The notes under the pieces are model-generated. The model was not told where the DNA came from and did no database searches. It was given only the letters and a program-made list of their open reading frames with translations. A DNA stretch of 64,000 bases from Podarcis muralis (lineage: Eukaryota), in contig NC_135659.1 in the NCBI RefSeq assembly GCF_964188315.1, positions 43,028,001 to 43,092,000 of the forward strand, read 5' to 3'. A program made the translations under genes and the position numbers. Position 1 is the first letter of the stretch. Each line of letters starts with the position of its first letter. Below, piece by piece: positions 41,279-53,005 of this stretch.

Positions 41279-44200
41279 TTCTTTTGCTCCGTGCTACAAG
41301 GCTCATTAACCAGGAACTGAGAAGAGAATAAATGGTCCTGCTCTCCCTGCAAAGTTTCTTATTACACTTGAACTTCCTGCCAGTCAGGAATAAAATCAGA
41401 GATGTAGGAAAAGGCAGTTCAGTAACCTAACCTAAAATGGCTGAGAGAACTGTCAGGATGATCAATGATACTTCAGCACCAGGCTTGCTTTATAGTACAC
41501 AAGTTGCCAAACCCAGTTCTTCGCTCTCTGTCACATTTGGCAGTTTCTTTCTCTTCACTTTCCAGAAGTGTAAAATGCCTGTGGTAGCTCTTTTCTTTTT
41601 AAAAAGGGAGGTGCCAGGAAAACTTCTGAGGTTGCAGAAACGTGGTGATTTTATTATTGCTGTTTCTTGGTTTCCACAGCTGTCTGGGCTGGGTACGGTG
41701 CTGCTCCCTCTAGCAATATTCCATATTATCCTCTCAAGTCAATGTTGTAACTTTGTATTATCACTCTGACAACCGGAAGTCAGTAAGTTGCATAATTAAA
41801 TGCGATCTCTGGTGACCCACAAGGCACTGAGCAAGACCATTGGCTTCTCAAATTAAATTTTTTTTATTTCATTTGGTAGTGTTCATAAACCACCTTTCCT
41901 TGTGAAAAAGAAGGTGGTTTACAAAATAAAACTGCTACAGTAAAGTAACAATATAACATACCGTATTTTTCGCCCTATAGGGTGCACCGGCCCATAGGAC
42001 GCACTTATTTTTTTTTGGGGGGGGGGGGAAATAAAGGGGGAAAAATTTATTCCCCCCCCCAGCCCCAAAGAGCAAAGAAGCCATGACAGCGAGTGGAATG
42101 GATCCCGCTCGCTGTCCTGGCTTCCTTTTTAGCCTCGGGGCTGGGGGTCCGGGAGCGAAGGCGTGGTTGCGCAACCTCGCCATCGCTCCCGGAGCTTGTG
42201 GGGCTGGGGGCGGGGGAAGCCCGAGCTTCCCCCGACCCCAGCCCCCAGAACAGGTCCGAGAGCGATGGCGAAGGTGCGCGCAGCTTCGCCATCGCTCCTG
42301 GAGCTTGCCGGGCTGGGGGGATAGCTTCCTGAAGCCTGGAGAGTGAGAGGGGTCGGTGCGCACCGACTCCTCTCACTCTCCAGGCTTCAGCGAAAGCCTG
42401 CATTTGCCTCATAGGACGCACACACATTTCCCCTTCATTTTTGGAGGGGAAAAAGTGTGTCCTATAGGGCGAAAAATACGGTAGTTAGTGCCTTGGAATA
42501 ACCATGTGGCCAGGTAGTTTTTTTACCAACTGGTGAAAATGTGTTATTGCAAGATTAATACATGATTAACACAAGATTTGAAAAACTGCCTCCTCCCTCA
42601 GAGTACTGGATTAAAAAGATCCCAATTCCACTATTTTCAGTGACACTCTGGAAGGGGAGTAAGTTTATGAAACCTGTGGTCCATGCAAAATATGAGGTAT
42701 TTCAAATACAGTTGGAAATATGGTATCAATTCAAATGGACTTTGGTCCATTACAGAACTAGGGCAAGGGCCCCTGTGGCCCTGCAGGTGGTTCCTGACTA
42801 CTGGGTATGCAGACTGGGGCTGATGGGAGTTGAAGTCTATCCACATCTGTAGGCCCCATGTGCTCCCCATGCCTGTAGGGTTAAAACGAAATGAAATTTG
42901 GCAGTATTGTCAAATATCAGGCTGAAAAATCAGGTTTTTTGTTTGTTTTTAAAAGGAACAAACATGGAAACTGAATAAACTCTATTACAGCTGAGGAGAG
43001 TCTTGAGGCTGTAATAAGGCATGTCCATCTTTCATATCCACAATTTACTTTCAGTTGGGCTACTGCACAGAAAACCTGCTATCCAAGTTTTTTTGCTGTC
43101 ATAATTGCAGTGTGAAGCCTTACAATGTGTGGGTAATTTCCCATGACATTTTGGGAACTGGGCGGCAGGTAGATTGGAGCTGGGCAGGGCTTTCCTTGGG
43201 GCGAGACAGTGCCTCTTCTACAGTCATCCTAAGTTGTTACCATCCACCCTCATCACCGCTCTCTCTGACTTCGATCTCTGTGCTCTGCTGTCACCGCCAG
43301 TCGTTGGTTTACACTGTATTATAATTCATGGATATTTGCATTACATTTTGCATTGAAAAGCTTTAATATGAGGGGGAAAGCACTCTGCATATGCTCCAAA
43401 GTGCTTTTTTCCTTAAGACCTCTGCCATGGATTTAGAGGTGAACACGCTGCATTTTAGCTTCAACTGCTGCGTTTTTCTCTGCTACCGGCTGAAGAGGCA
43501 GAGAAGGGAGAGCGGCACAGAGAGATAGCAGAGCTGCGCAATGGAAGCGTGCCGGACGCCATGTTGAACGACCTATCTCGTCACTTTTGGCCTCTTAGCC
43601 GGCATAGGTTATGGTCCTCCCACAAACACGCATATTGCTGTGCCTCAATGTTTTTTGTAATCATCTGTAAAATGGGACCAATGACAGCTAAATGGTCTAA
43701 ATGTAATAAAGCACATAGATGTCTCTTTATCTGATGTGTCTGCAGAATACCTCACTGCTTTTATTATCAAAACCCATCTGGCTGCATGCATTTTAGTTTC
43801 CTTTTTTCGCCTGTGGCTAAGCTCTGGCCTCTTGTCATTATTTGCCAGGCCATGCAAATACTCCCCGCTTAGCTGCACCCACTACTTCAATCTATAAAAT
43901 GCTGGAGCATATCCTATCATTCTGTCTACTGTAGATGAGAGAGAGAGAGAAAAGTGAAGAAGCACCGCTGGCATGCATGGCTTTTATTGGAACCAAACTC
44001 TAGAACGCAGCAGGTCCTCATCCAGGCTGCTAATGCAACTGCTGATTTAGCTGCTTCCTAAATTCCCAAGGAAAAATGTACATCTACAGCCTCTTCTCTA
44101 AGCTCTTTGCAGAAAGAGTAGGAGGGGGAACGCTTCTGCTGAAACTTGTCTGTCTGTTGCATGTAAGTTAGGAAAATGCTTACTTTGGTTTCAGAAACTG

Positions 44201-47200
44201 GCAAGAACAAAGTTCCGATGTCTCTTTCCTTTCCCTTCTAGTTGCTGTTCAATAGGCCATATAGCAGGACATTGGAAGCGGAGGCTGACAAAATCGGGCT
44301 TTGGTTTGCTGCTAAGGTAATAATAGTTTTTGTCAACAGGATAGAAAAAGTTCCTTTGCTTCATTTTAAGTAGACAGTGTTTTTCACAAATGGTTTTCTG
44401 TGTATAGTTGTAACACCTTTTAAATGTACAGTGGTACCTCTGGTTACGTACTTACCGGTAATTCGTTCCGGAGGTCCGTTCTTCACCTGAAACTGTTCTT
44501 AACCTGAGGTACCACTTTAGCTAATGGGGCCTCCTGCTGCCACCGTGCCACCGGAGCACGATTTCTGTTCTCATCCTGAAGCAAAGTTCTTAACCCAAGG
44601 TCCTGTTTTTGGGTTAGCGGAGTCTGTAACCTGAAGCGTATGTAACCCGAGGTGCCACTATATTTGCTGTTTTTGTGTTTTAAAATGTTTTTGATTGTCT
44701 TGTGTGTAAACCGCCATGAAATGGTTGCTTCGAATGTGATTAATAAAAATGATATTATGAATAATAATTTGGGATTTCAGTATGAGGCTCATCAAAATAC
44801 AAAAATATCCTTACCATTTCATATGTACAGGAATGGGATAACTGTACCACCACCGCCACCTAGTGTTAGTATTAGTATTAGAATTTATTATTAGAACACA
44901 CAAACTAGTTAGCTTGACTGCTGGGAGAGGATCAAAGTTAGTGGACAACTTATTTTCACAGGCATTTTTGCAAACAGTGCTGTTCACAAGAACTTTTATT
45001 CCTCTGGGTGAAAATCCATCAAGCTTCTTTCTAGGGTTGACGATATTGCCAATGCTTATTGGTTTGTTACAATTATTTATATTTGGCCTTTGAGGATACA
45101 GAAAAGTAGGAAGCATTTACGCCCAAAGGAGAGAATGATGCTTCAGCATGTACTTAAAGGGTGTCTGGATGAGGGAAAACGGCCTTGTTCAAATTTGTTT
45201 GCTTGTTTGCTTTTTCACCTCACTTTCCTCCATTCTGGAACCAAGGGCAGCTTCATATAACAAATTGTTAAAAAACCCCTCTTCAATGAAATATAAAACA
45301 TAAATAACAAATTACTCCCTTATAATAGATACCACAGTGCAGCTGCTTTATTAGCCATAGGCGCTGGATTCTGAGGGCTGAGACACTTCCTCCCCCCCCC
45401 CAATGTGTTTTGTGTTTTTGGAGCGGACCAGGAGCCCTCAATGTTCAGAGGGCTGCATGCACGATGTTAGGATGTCGCACGACATCTCCTCAATCGCCTG
45501 GAGAAGCTGGTGCCTCTGATAAGGGCTCACATCTACCCAGCACACAGTAATATTTATTATCCAAATGCCTGGAGCATCTTTAACCTGGTGCGTGTGTATC
45601 TCTCAGTTCTGCGTCCAAAGCTATGGAGACCTCTAATTTGCCCTGGGCTTCAGGCCATCCCAGCCTAGGAAGCTATTTGAGTACTAAGCCAAAACCAAGG
45701 GAAAGGGTTAATCAGATCTTTATTGGAAAAGTGTAGTCACTGAGAAAAATATTTGAAAAGAAATGTAACTTGAGATGAGAAATTTCAGTCTATGAGAAAG
45801 AGACGCTTTGTAGTTGTAATACAGAACTACTTGTTTGAAAAGGGAGAAAGAGTGAAAGCGGTGGAGACCTGTGTTGCAGTTATCAACTTGAACTTGTAAC
45901 ACCAATTGAAACAGAGGACAGCTTGGTTCACATGTCACAGTGAGCCATACTGGGACCATGTAAATGTGCTGGTTGCTGGAGAGACCCAGATCTGTGGAAT
46001 CAGTGCTGCTACAAATGCTTTGNNNNNNNNNNNNNNNNNNNNNNNNNNNNNNNNNNNNNNNNNNNNNNNNNNNNNNNNNNNNNNNNNNNNNNNNNNNNNN
46101 NNNNNNNNNNNNNNNNNNNNNNNNNNNNNNNNNNNNNNNNNNNNNNNNNNNNNNNNNATTGGGTTTTAAGCCAAATACATATTGATTGATTTATTTAAAA
46201 ATAAGCTCTTCCCTTCTTTCCTTCCGTGGCGTGTTTATTTGTCTCAAGCACTTTATAAGTCTGTTTCCATTTCATCCATTTTGCTACAGCAGCTCCTTCT
46301 TTGCCTGTAAAGGTCAAGAACTTAACCCAGATGGTTTTGCTTCTATTAGCATAATTGGTATCTCCTCCTCTTGCATTGGCATATGTGCAGAAATGCCACC
46401 TGTTCCGTTTCCAGAGTTGTTTGCATTTGCAGGCACTGTGCAGTTTCCCCATGACTCGAGTTCCAGTCTTCAATACTTTTATTTAAAAAATATATTTAAA
46501 AATCAATATAGGTTGTTGTTGTTTTAAAAAACAATTTCCCAGTGTTAGTTTGCTAATGTTAAGCAGTTCTTCCTTTTACTCTTCTTTTAGCATTTAGCAT
46601 ATGCTACGGAACCCAGTAGTTCCATAATTTTAATTTTAATTTATAACCCAGTACATGCCATTAGCAAGCTCCAGCCTTTCATTTGATGTAAATGCTCATT
46701 TATTTTCCTTTTTTCTCTTTCCCATGGTTTTCTTCTTTAACCTTGGAAGTTAAAACAGTTTTCCCTTGATCATTGATATCATAACATTTATGATACTTTG
46801 CCACTTACATTTCCCTTCTAGAAAATGTATTTTTCTGCTGCCAGCTCTGACTGTTATTGTCTCAGGTCTCACCCATGTTGAGTCATTGTTTAGAGTTGCA
46901 TCTGAACCAGCTCACCTGCGAAGCACTTTTTGCTCAGCCCAGAAATTAACAACTTGATTTTATTTCGTTAAGGCTGTTGCTCCCAAGAGTTTCAGAGCAT
47001 TGAAGACGTAGAGAAACCTACTTATCTATGCCTTTTCTCTGCTTTTGATGTGAAGGAAACGGCCAGTGATGTTTACAAGCATCTTAAGATTGCAGTTCAG
47101 TATCTTTCTGAGATATCACCTTCTCTTTCTTTCTAGGCTTGTATGGATGTAAGAGCAAGTTCTGTATTCTGGCAGAAAATGGAGCTCGCTGAGACTCTTA

Positions 47201-50200
47201 CAGGGCAACCAAGAGTGCCAGAATGGTTTTCTACACACCCCTCCCATGAGAATCGAGCTGAGCATTTGGACAGACTTATTCCAGAGGTGAGGTGGTTTGG
47301 GAGTTTTGGTGTCTTTAAACTGAGTATCATTTTTCACATGTCTGTCCCATCCTTCTTTGAGTTGCCAAGGGCAGCGTGTATATATAGGATTGATTTCGCA
47401 CACTCACACACTCCAAATCTAATAGTCATTATGAGTTGCTTTCTTAGCTGCCAATTTTCTAAGACAAAGATACCGTCGAAGTACTTGCTGTATATTGCTT
47501 AGATTTACTGAAATCTATCTTGGTCCCCCCAAGCTGCAGACCTTCAGCTTTCTCGCAGGAACAAATGTGCCTCTCTCTTCAGCAACTCCTAACCTGTTCC
47601 CGTTTCCTGTTTATCATTTATACATTTGCAAGCTGCTTTGTAATCTTTGCCCTCAAATGATCCTGTCATTGTTCATATTTCAGTCTAGGGCCATACAATA
47701 ATCCTATGGCAAAGGTGAGATTTGAAACCAGACCTCTTAGTCCAGGCTAAATGTTACCTAGTATTAGAGCACAAGTTTGTCTGTAAGTAATCTTAATGGA
47801 GGGACGCGGGTGGCGCTGTGGGTTAAAGCCTCAGTGCCTAGGGCTTGCCGATCGAAAGGTCGGCGGTTCGAATCCCCGCGGCGGGGTGCGCTCCTGTCGC
47901 TCGGTCCCAGCGCCTGCCAACCTAGCAGTTCGAAAGCACCCCCGGGTGCAAGTAGATAAATAGGGACCGCTTACTAGCGGGAAGGTAAGCGGCATTCCGT
48001 GTGCTGTGCTGGCTCGCCAGATGCAGCTTGTCACGCTGGCCACGTGACCCGGAAGTGTCTGCAGACAGCGCTGGCCCCCGGCCTCTTAAGTGAGATGGGC
48101 GCACAACCCTAGAGTCTGTCAAGACTGGCCCGTACGGGCAGGGGTACCTTTACCTTTACCTTTTAATCTTAATGGGGACACGGGTGGCGCTGTGGGTAAA
48201 AGCCTCAGCGCCTAGGGCTTGCCGATCGAAAGGTCGGTGGTTCGAATCCCCGCGGCGGGGTGCGCTCCCGTCGTTCGGTCCCAGCGCCTGCCAACCTAGC
48301 AGTTTGAAAGCACCTTCGGGTGCAAGTAGATAAATAGGGACCGCTTACCAGCGGGAAGGTAAACGGCGTTCCGTGTGCTGCGCTGGCTCGCCAGATGCAG
48401 CTTTGTCACGCTGGCCACGTGACCCGGAAGTGTCTGTGGACAGCGCTGGCTCCCGGCCTCTAGAGTGAGATGAGCGCACAACCCTAGTGTCTGTCAAGAC
48501 TGGCCCGTACGGGCAGGGGTACCTTTACCTAATCTTAATGGAGTGCTTTAATGTGGCCTCAATCTCAATGCTTTTGGATTTTTAGCAGTGGACGCTAGTC
48601 CAGACAATTATGAACAAGCTGTTCCTCTAAGCTTCTGTCAAATCTGCCATTTCATAGGATTTGAGTTCAAGTACAACTGCTTGTCTCTTGGGCCCTAACT
48701 CACAGGCACTAAGTAAGAACTGTTTTGCCTGCAATGTTAAACCGTATTTAAACAGAAACTAATGTAGAAGGGACGCGGGTGGTGCTGTGGGTTAAACCAC
48801 AGAGTCTAGGACTTGCAGATTAGAAGGTTGGTGGTTCAAATCCCCACAACTGGGTGAGCTCCCGTTGCTTGGTCCCTGCTCCTGCCAACCTAGCAGTTTG
48901 AAAGCACGTCATTGTACATAACATAACTGGTGTATGTGCACAGACATGCATTTTTTTGTTAAACTAAATGGCCAATGGTATGTTTTGATCAGCATCATAT
49001 GGAGATGGGGTGGTAAAAACAAACTGGTCTGTGAAAATGCCCCATTCCTCCATGGCATGCTCCTCTAACTTTTATCTTTATATTCCAGTAAGTTATTTTG
49101 CTCTCATTGTTGAAAAACAAAAACCTTGCATACCTTATTTCATTGGATAATTTCAATGTTTTTCTTTTATCGTTGTACAACCAAGGACGATTTTATAACT
49201 TTTTTGTACATAGCTGTTACATGTAGAGCAATCTGTCTTTAAGTAGGGGTAAATTACTCTAAACAAAAATTTGATCTTGGATAGTTTTCCCTTCAAGTAA
49301 AGTGTCTTGTTGTTTAAATAAGCTTCTTGGGGTTTTTTTTAAGTGCAAGTAGATAAATAGGTACCGCTCCAGCGGGAAGTTAAACGGTGTTTCCGTGTGT
49401 TACTCCGGTTCACCAGAAACAGCTTAGTCATGCTGGCTACATGACCCGGAAGCTGTACGCCGGCTCCCTCAGCCAATAAAGCGAGATGAGTGCCACGACC
49501 CAAGAGTCGGCCACGACTGGACCTAATGGTCAGGGGTCCCTTTACCTTTATTGGTTAATGCAGAGCATCATGACACATGCAGCTAATAAAGTGCAAACTT
49601 CACCCCTCCTCTATTCCTGCTGTTGTTGCACCGCCATGTAACAACTTGCAAAACAACATCAAACCTTGCGTTACGTGAAATACATTTGACAAACACGCAA
49701 GACGTAACCGGCTGTGCATTCACTTAAACAATACTCTTCTATATATTCTTATCACAACATCAAATGTTTATCTTGCACATAAACAACACATAAAGTGCAA
49801 TAACATAGACAGAAGTCCCAATAAATCAGTTCATTTACAAAGACCAAATATCTGCTGGTTTCTGTTCCACATATGTTCATAAAGTCCAAACTGGAGCCTA
49901 CTACAGTTCCACAGTGTTGACAAGTATTTCCGGAATACTGCCTTGTTTCGCTCTCATGGGCTTCATCAGTTGTACATATTCTAAGTAATATAAATGAATA
50001 TAATGTCGTCATTCAACCTATTTTAACAAATTTAAATTATATAAACAATTGTGCTATAGAAGTACATACCATATATGAAGTATCAAGATAATAGAACTTA
50101 TAACATAGTGGTTTCTGCAGTGAACAACAACTGTTACAATGTAAGATTATATAGACAGGCGCAGCATTGATTTTGGTTACAGGTGACAGCAATCTGCAGC

Positions 50201-52964
50201 TGTAAGGTTTTCTTCCTTAAGTGACCCCTTTAAAACAACAAATGTAAAACAAACTTTATACATACACAGGTGTTATACATACAAGCATTAGTAATGACTC
50301 ATAGAAAGCAACTATAATCAATTTCAGTATACAAACCTGAGGGATGCGAAGAATCAGGTAGGAAAATAAATCTCGTTTCTTTTTGCGTAAGAATTTTCTT
50401 TGCTCGTTCTACAGGACCTAGATATACCCAAATTACGAAAAATGTCATATCTTCATCTGAATGCGACGCTTGAATGAAATGCTGTACTAAAGGAGTTGGG
50501 AAAGAGCAAAGCAAACACCTGTTTGCATTAAACTATAGGTTGTTTTTTTAAAAAAAAACACATTAGAGGGGCCTTAATATTTTAGGAGTTTTCTCTTCAC
50601 ATTCTGGTTCTGATTTCGTGGTACTCTTGGCTTGAGTCCATACCAGTGAATCTCTGGTGCAGTAATAATACTTATTAGTGCGTCGGTCCCCAGTCTTTTG
50701 CAGCAAACATTTCCTGAACCTTGTATGCTATGTCCTGTTTGTTCTGTAATAGCAACTTTTCTCATCATAAATTGGTTTACTGTTTAGGGATGAGATAAAA
50801 ACCAATTTATACAGAGCAAGTTATGTACTCCTTTTTATATATTTCTAAATATGTTGTTTTGAAAGGCATCAGTTGACATGCTTAGTGTTTTCTTATTTTT
50901 TTTAATGAGAACAACTACCAAATCTGAAAATAGAGTGCAAATTGCAAATACACATATTAGATGCAGAGTCTGCAAAATAATGGTGATATATAATGAAACA
51001 AATTTATACACAAATTGGCCAGTACAGACATAATCTTAGAGGGCAAGAAGATAATTTATATTGGTTATCTTCCAGTCTCCTCTTCAGTCAAATATTTCTG
51101 TGACAGGAATAGTAAGTGGATCACTAGAAGTGTGACATGAAGGATCTTCTCGCTCTGCTCACTCTCCTAGCCAGCTGTATCTGGAAAGTTCATTAACCGT
51201 TTTTGCTGTCCTTGGATTCAGGAAGAGAGTTGTGGTTTGCATGTTGTTCTCCTTTAGAAATGGCATGTATATTGTGTGTTCTGTTCGCTAACAGTTAGTT
51301 AAACCAAAGGTTGCTCTGCTTTATTTGGAGACATACTTCGTTTTCGTTTTATTCCGTAATGTTGCATGTTTACATATAGATTTGCTTTAACCAGGCTTTG
51401 TTCCACAAATCATAAGTTGTCTCACAGATGAGGAAACACACCATGACTCTCCATCCCTTGCCTAAGCTTGCTTTGTTTTCCAGCTGTGCTTGCCTTGTGC
51501 CTCTCTTTCTTAATGAATGTCTGGGGTGGGGTGGCTGAACAAACCGTGGTTAAGCAAAGTTTATGGATTTGGACATAATGCCAAACCATAGTTAAAACAA
51601 ACCATGGTTCTCTGCCAACAACAAACCACAGCTTCACGTCATGTTTTGTTGGCAACTCCCATTAGCCTTTGGGCTGGATTGAATGTTCAAACCATAGGTA
51701 GGCCAAACAAACTATGGCTTAGTGTTTGCGCAAAACTGCTCAGTATAGCTTAGAATTCTTACAAACTCTTTAGGATGTCAGAAATTATGATTAGGCAATT
51801 TTTGATGATGATGATGATGATGGTGTGTATACTAGCTTTCATCCAAGGCTGGTTCTCAGGTGGTTCATAACAGGTCTGGTATAGTATGCTAAGGGTTGAG
51901 TCAGGCATTTGATGCTAAGGAGGCTGTCGATGAAGAAGTCCAGATGATCAGTAGAGAAGCTGACTCTGGAATAGAAATGCAGCCTGCTATGGATTGTTTT
52001 GTACTCCATCTGAAGTCCCAGCGGGTTCAGGAGCTGACATAGCTCCTCGATATCCAAGTGGCTGTTGCGACTGGAAATGCCTTTGCCCAGCTTCAGCTGG
52101 TGCACAAGTTGCACCTCTTCCTGAAGTACCAACACCTCCCACAAGAACTGGCCCAACAGTTGCCATTGATATTAGGCAGGTGCCTTGTTTTTTAGCATGA
52201 GCTTAAAACATTTTTTTTTAGGCAAGTCTACCCTAAGGAAATCAGCCCTGAGTGCTCACTGGAAGGACAGATCGTGAAGTTGAGGCTCCAATACTTTGGC
52301 CACCTCATGAGAAGAGAAGACTCCCTGGAAAGACCCTGATGTTAGGAAAGATGGAGGGCACAAGGAGAAGGGGACGACAGAGGATGAGATGGTTGGATAG
52401 TGTTCTCGAAACTACAAACATGAGCCTGACCAAACTGTGGGAGGCGGTGGAAGACAGGAGTGCCTGGCGTGCTCTGGTCCATGGGGTCACGAAGAGTCGG
52501 ACACGACTAAACGACTAAACAACAACAACCCTAGTTTTTAATTATTTGTTTTTAACTGTAAACTGCTTAGGGGTTTTGCTACAATCACGTGGTATGCAAC
52601 TTTTGTCGCATAAGAAGAAGAAGCATTGTGATTGTCACCAAAAGTCCTGCCCCGTGTTCTGTTGCCAAGGGAGAACACTTGTCAATGACACGAAACCAGG
52701 GCTATTTCCGTGACAGTACCCTGGTTGTGGGACTCTCTCTTTGTAGTTCATCTGGTCTTGCCTTTAATGGCTTTTAAGCAGGCAATCAGGACCTTTTTAT
52801 TCTGCCCAGCTTTTCATGGTTCTTAATTGGTTGTTAATTTTTCTCTCTTGATGCTGGTTTTTTTATTGATTTGTTTTTAATATTTTTTATTGCTCTCACT
52901 TTATTATAGGGTACGGCATGTGGCCTTATGGACTGCTGGGGGGTGGAGTGAGTCTTGGGGAAAA

Positions 52965-53005
<41 letters not shown>

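Noticed and set aside
41935-42427. ORFs inside the family B MITE as a transposase
   Set aside because: The element is only 521 bp and no DDE/D or HTH motif is visible
10540-44660. CRISPR-like or satellite array from the recurring TAACCTGA/TAACCCGAG units
   Set aside because: They are internal subterminal repeats of dispersed MITE copies in a eukaryotic genome
46023-46157. Missing OMA1 exon hidden in the gap
   Set aside because: The flanking exons join in frame (AAK|ACMD) as in known OMA1
47801-48260. tRNA genes
   Set aside because: The A/B boxes belong to tRNA-derived SINE heads followed by SINE body and tail; no complete cloverleaf
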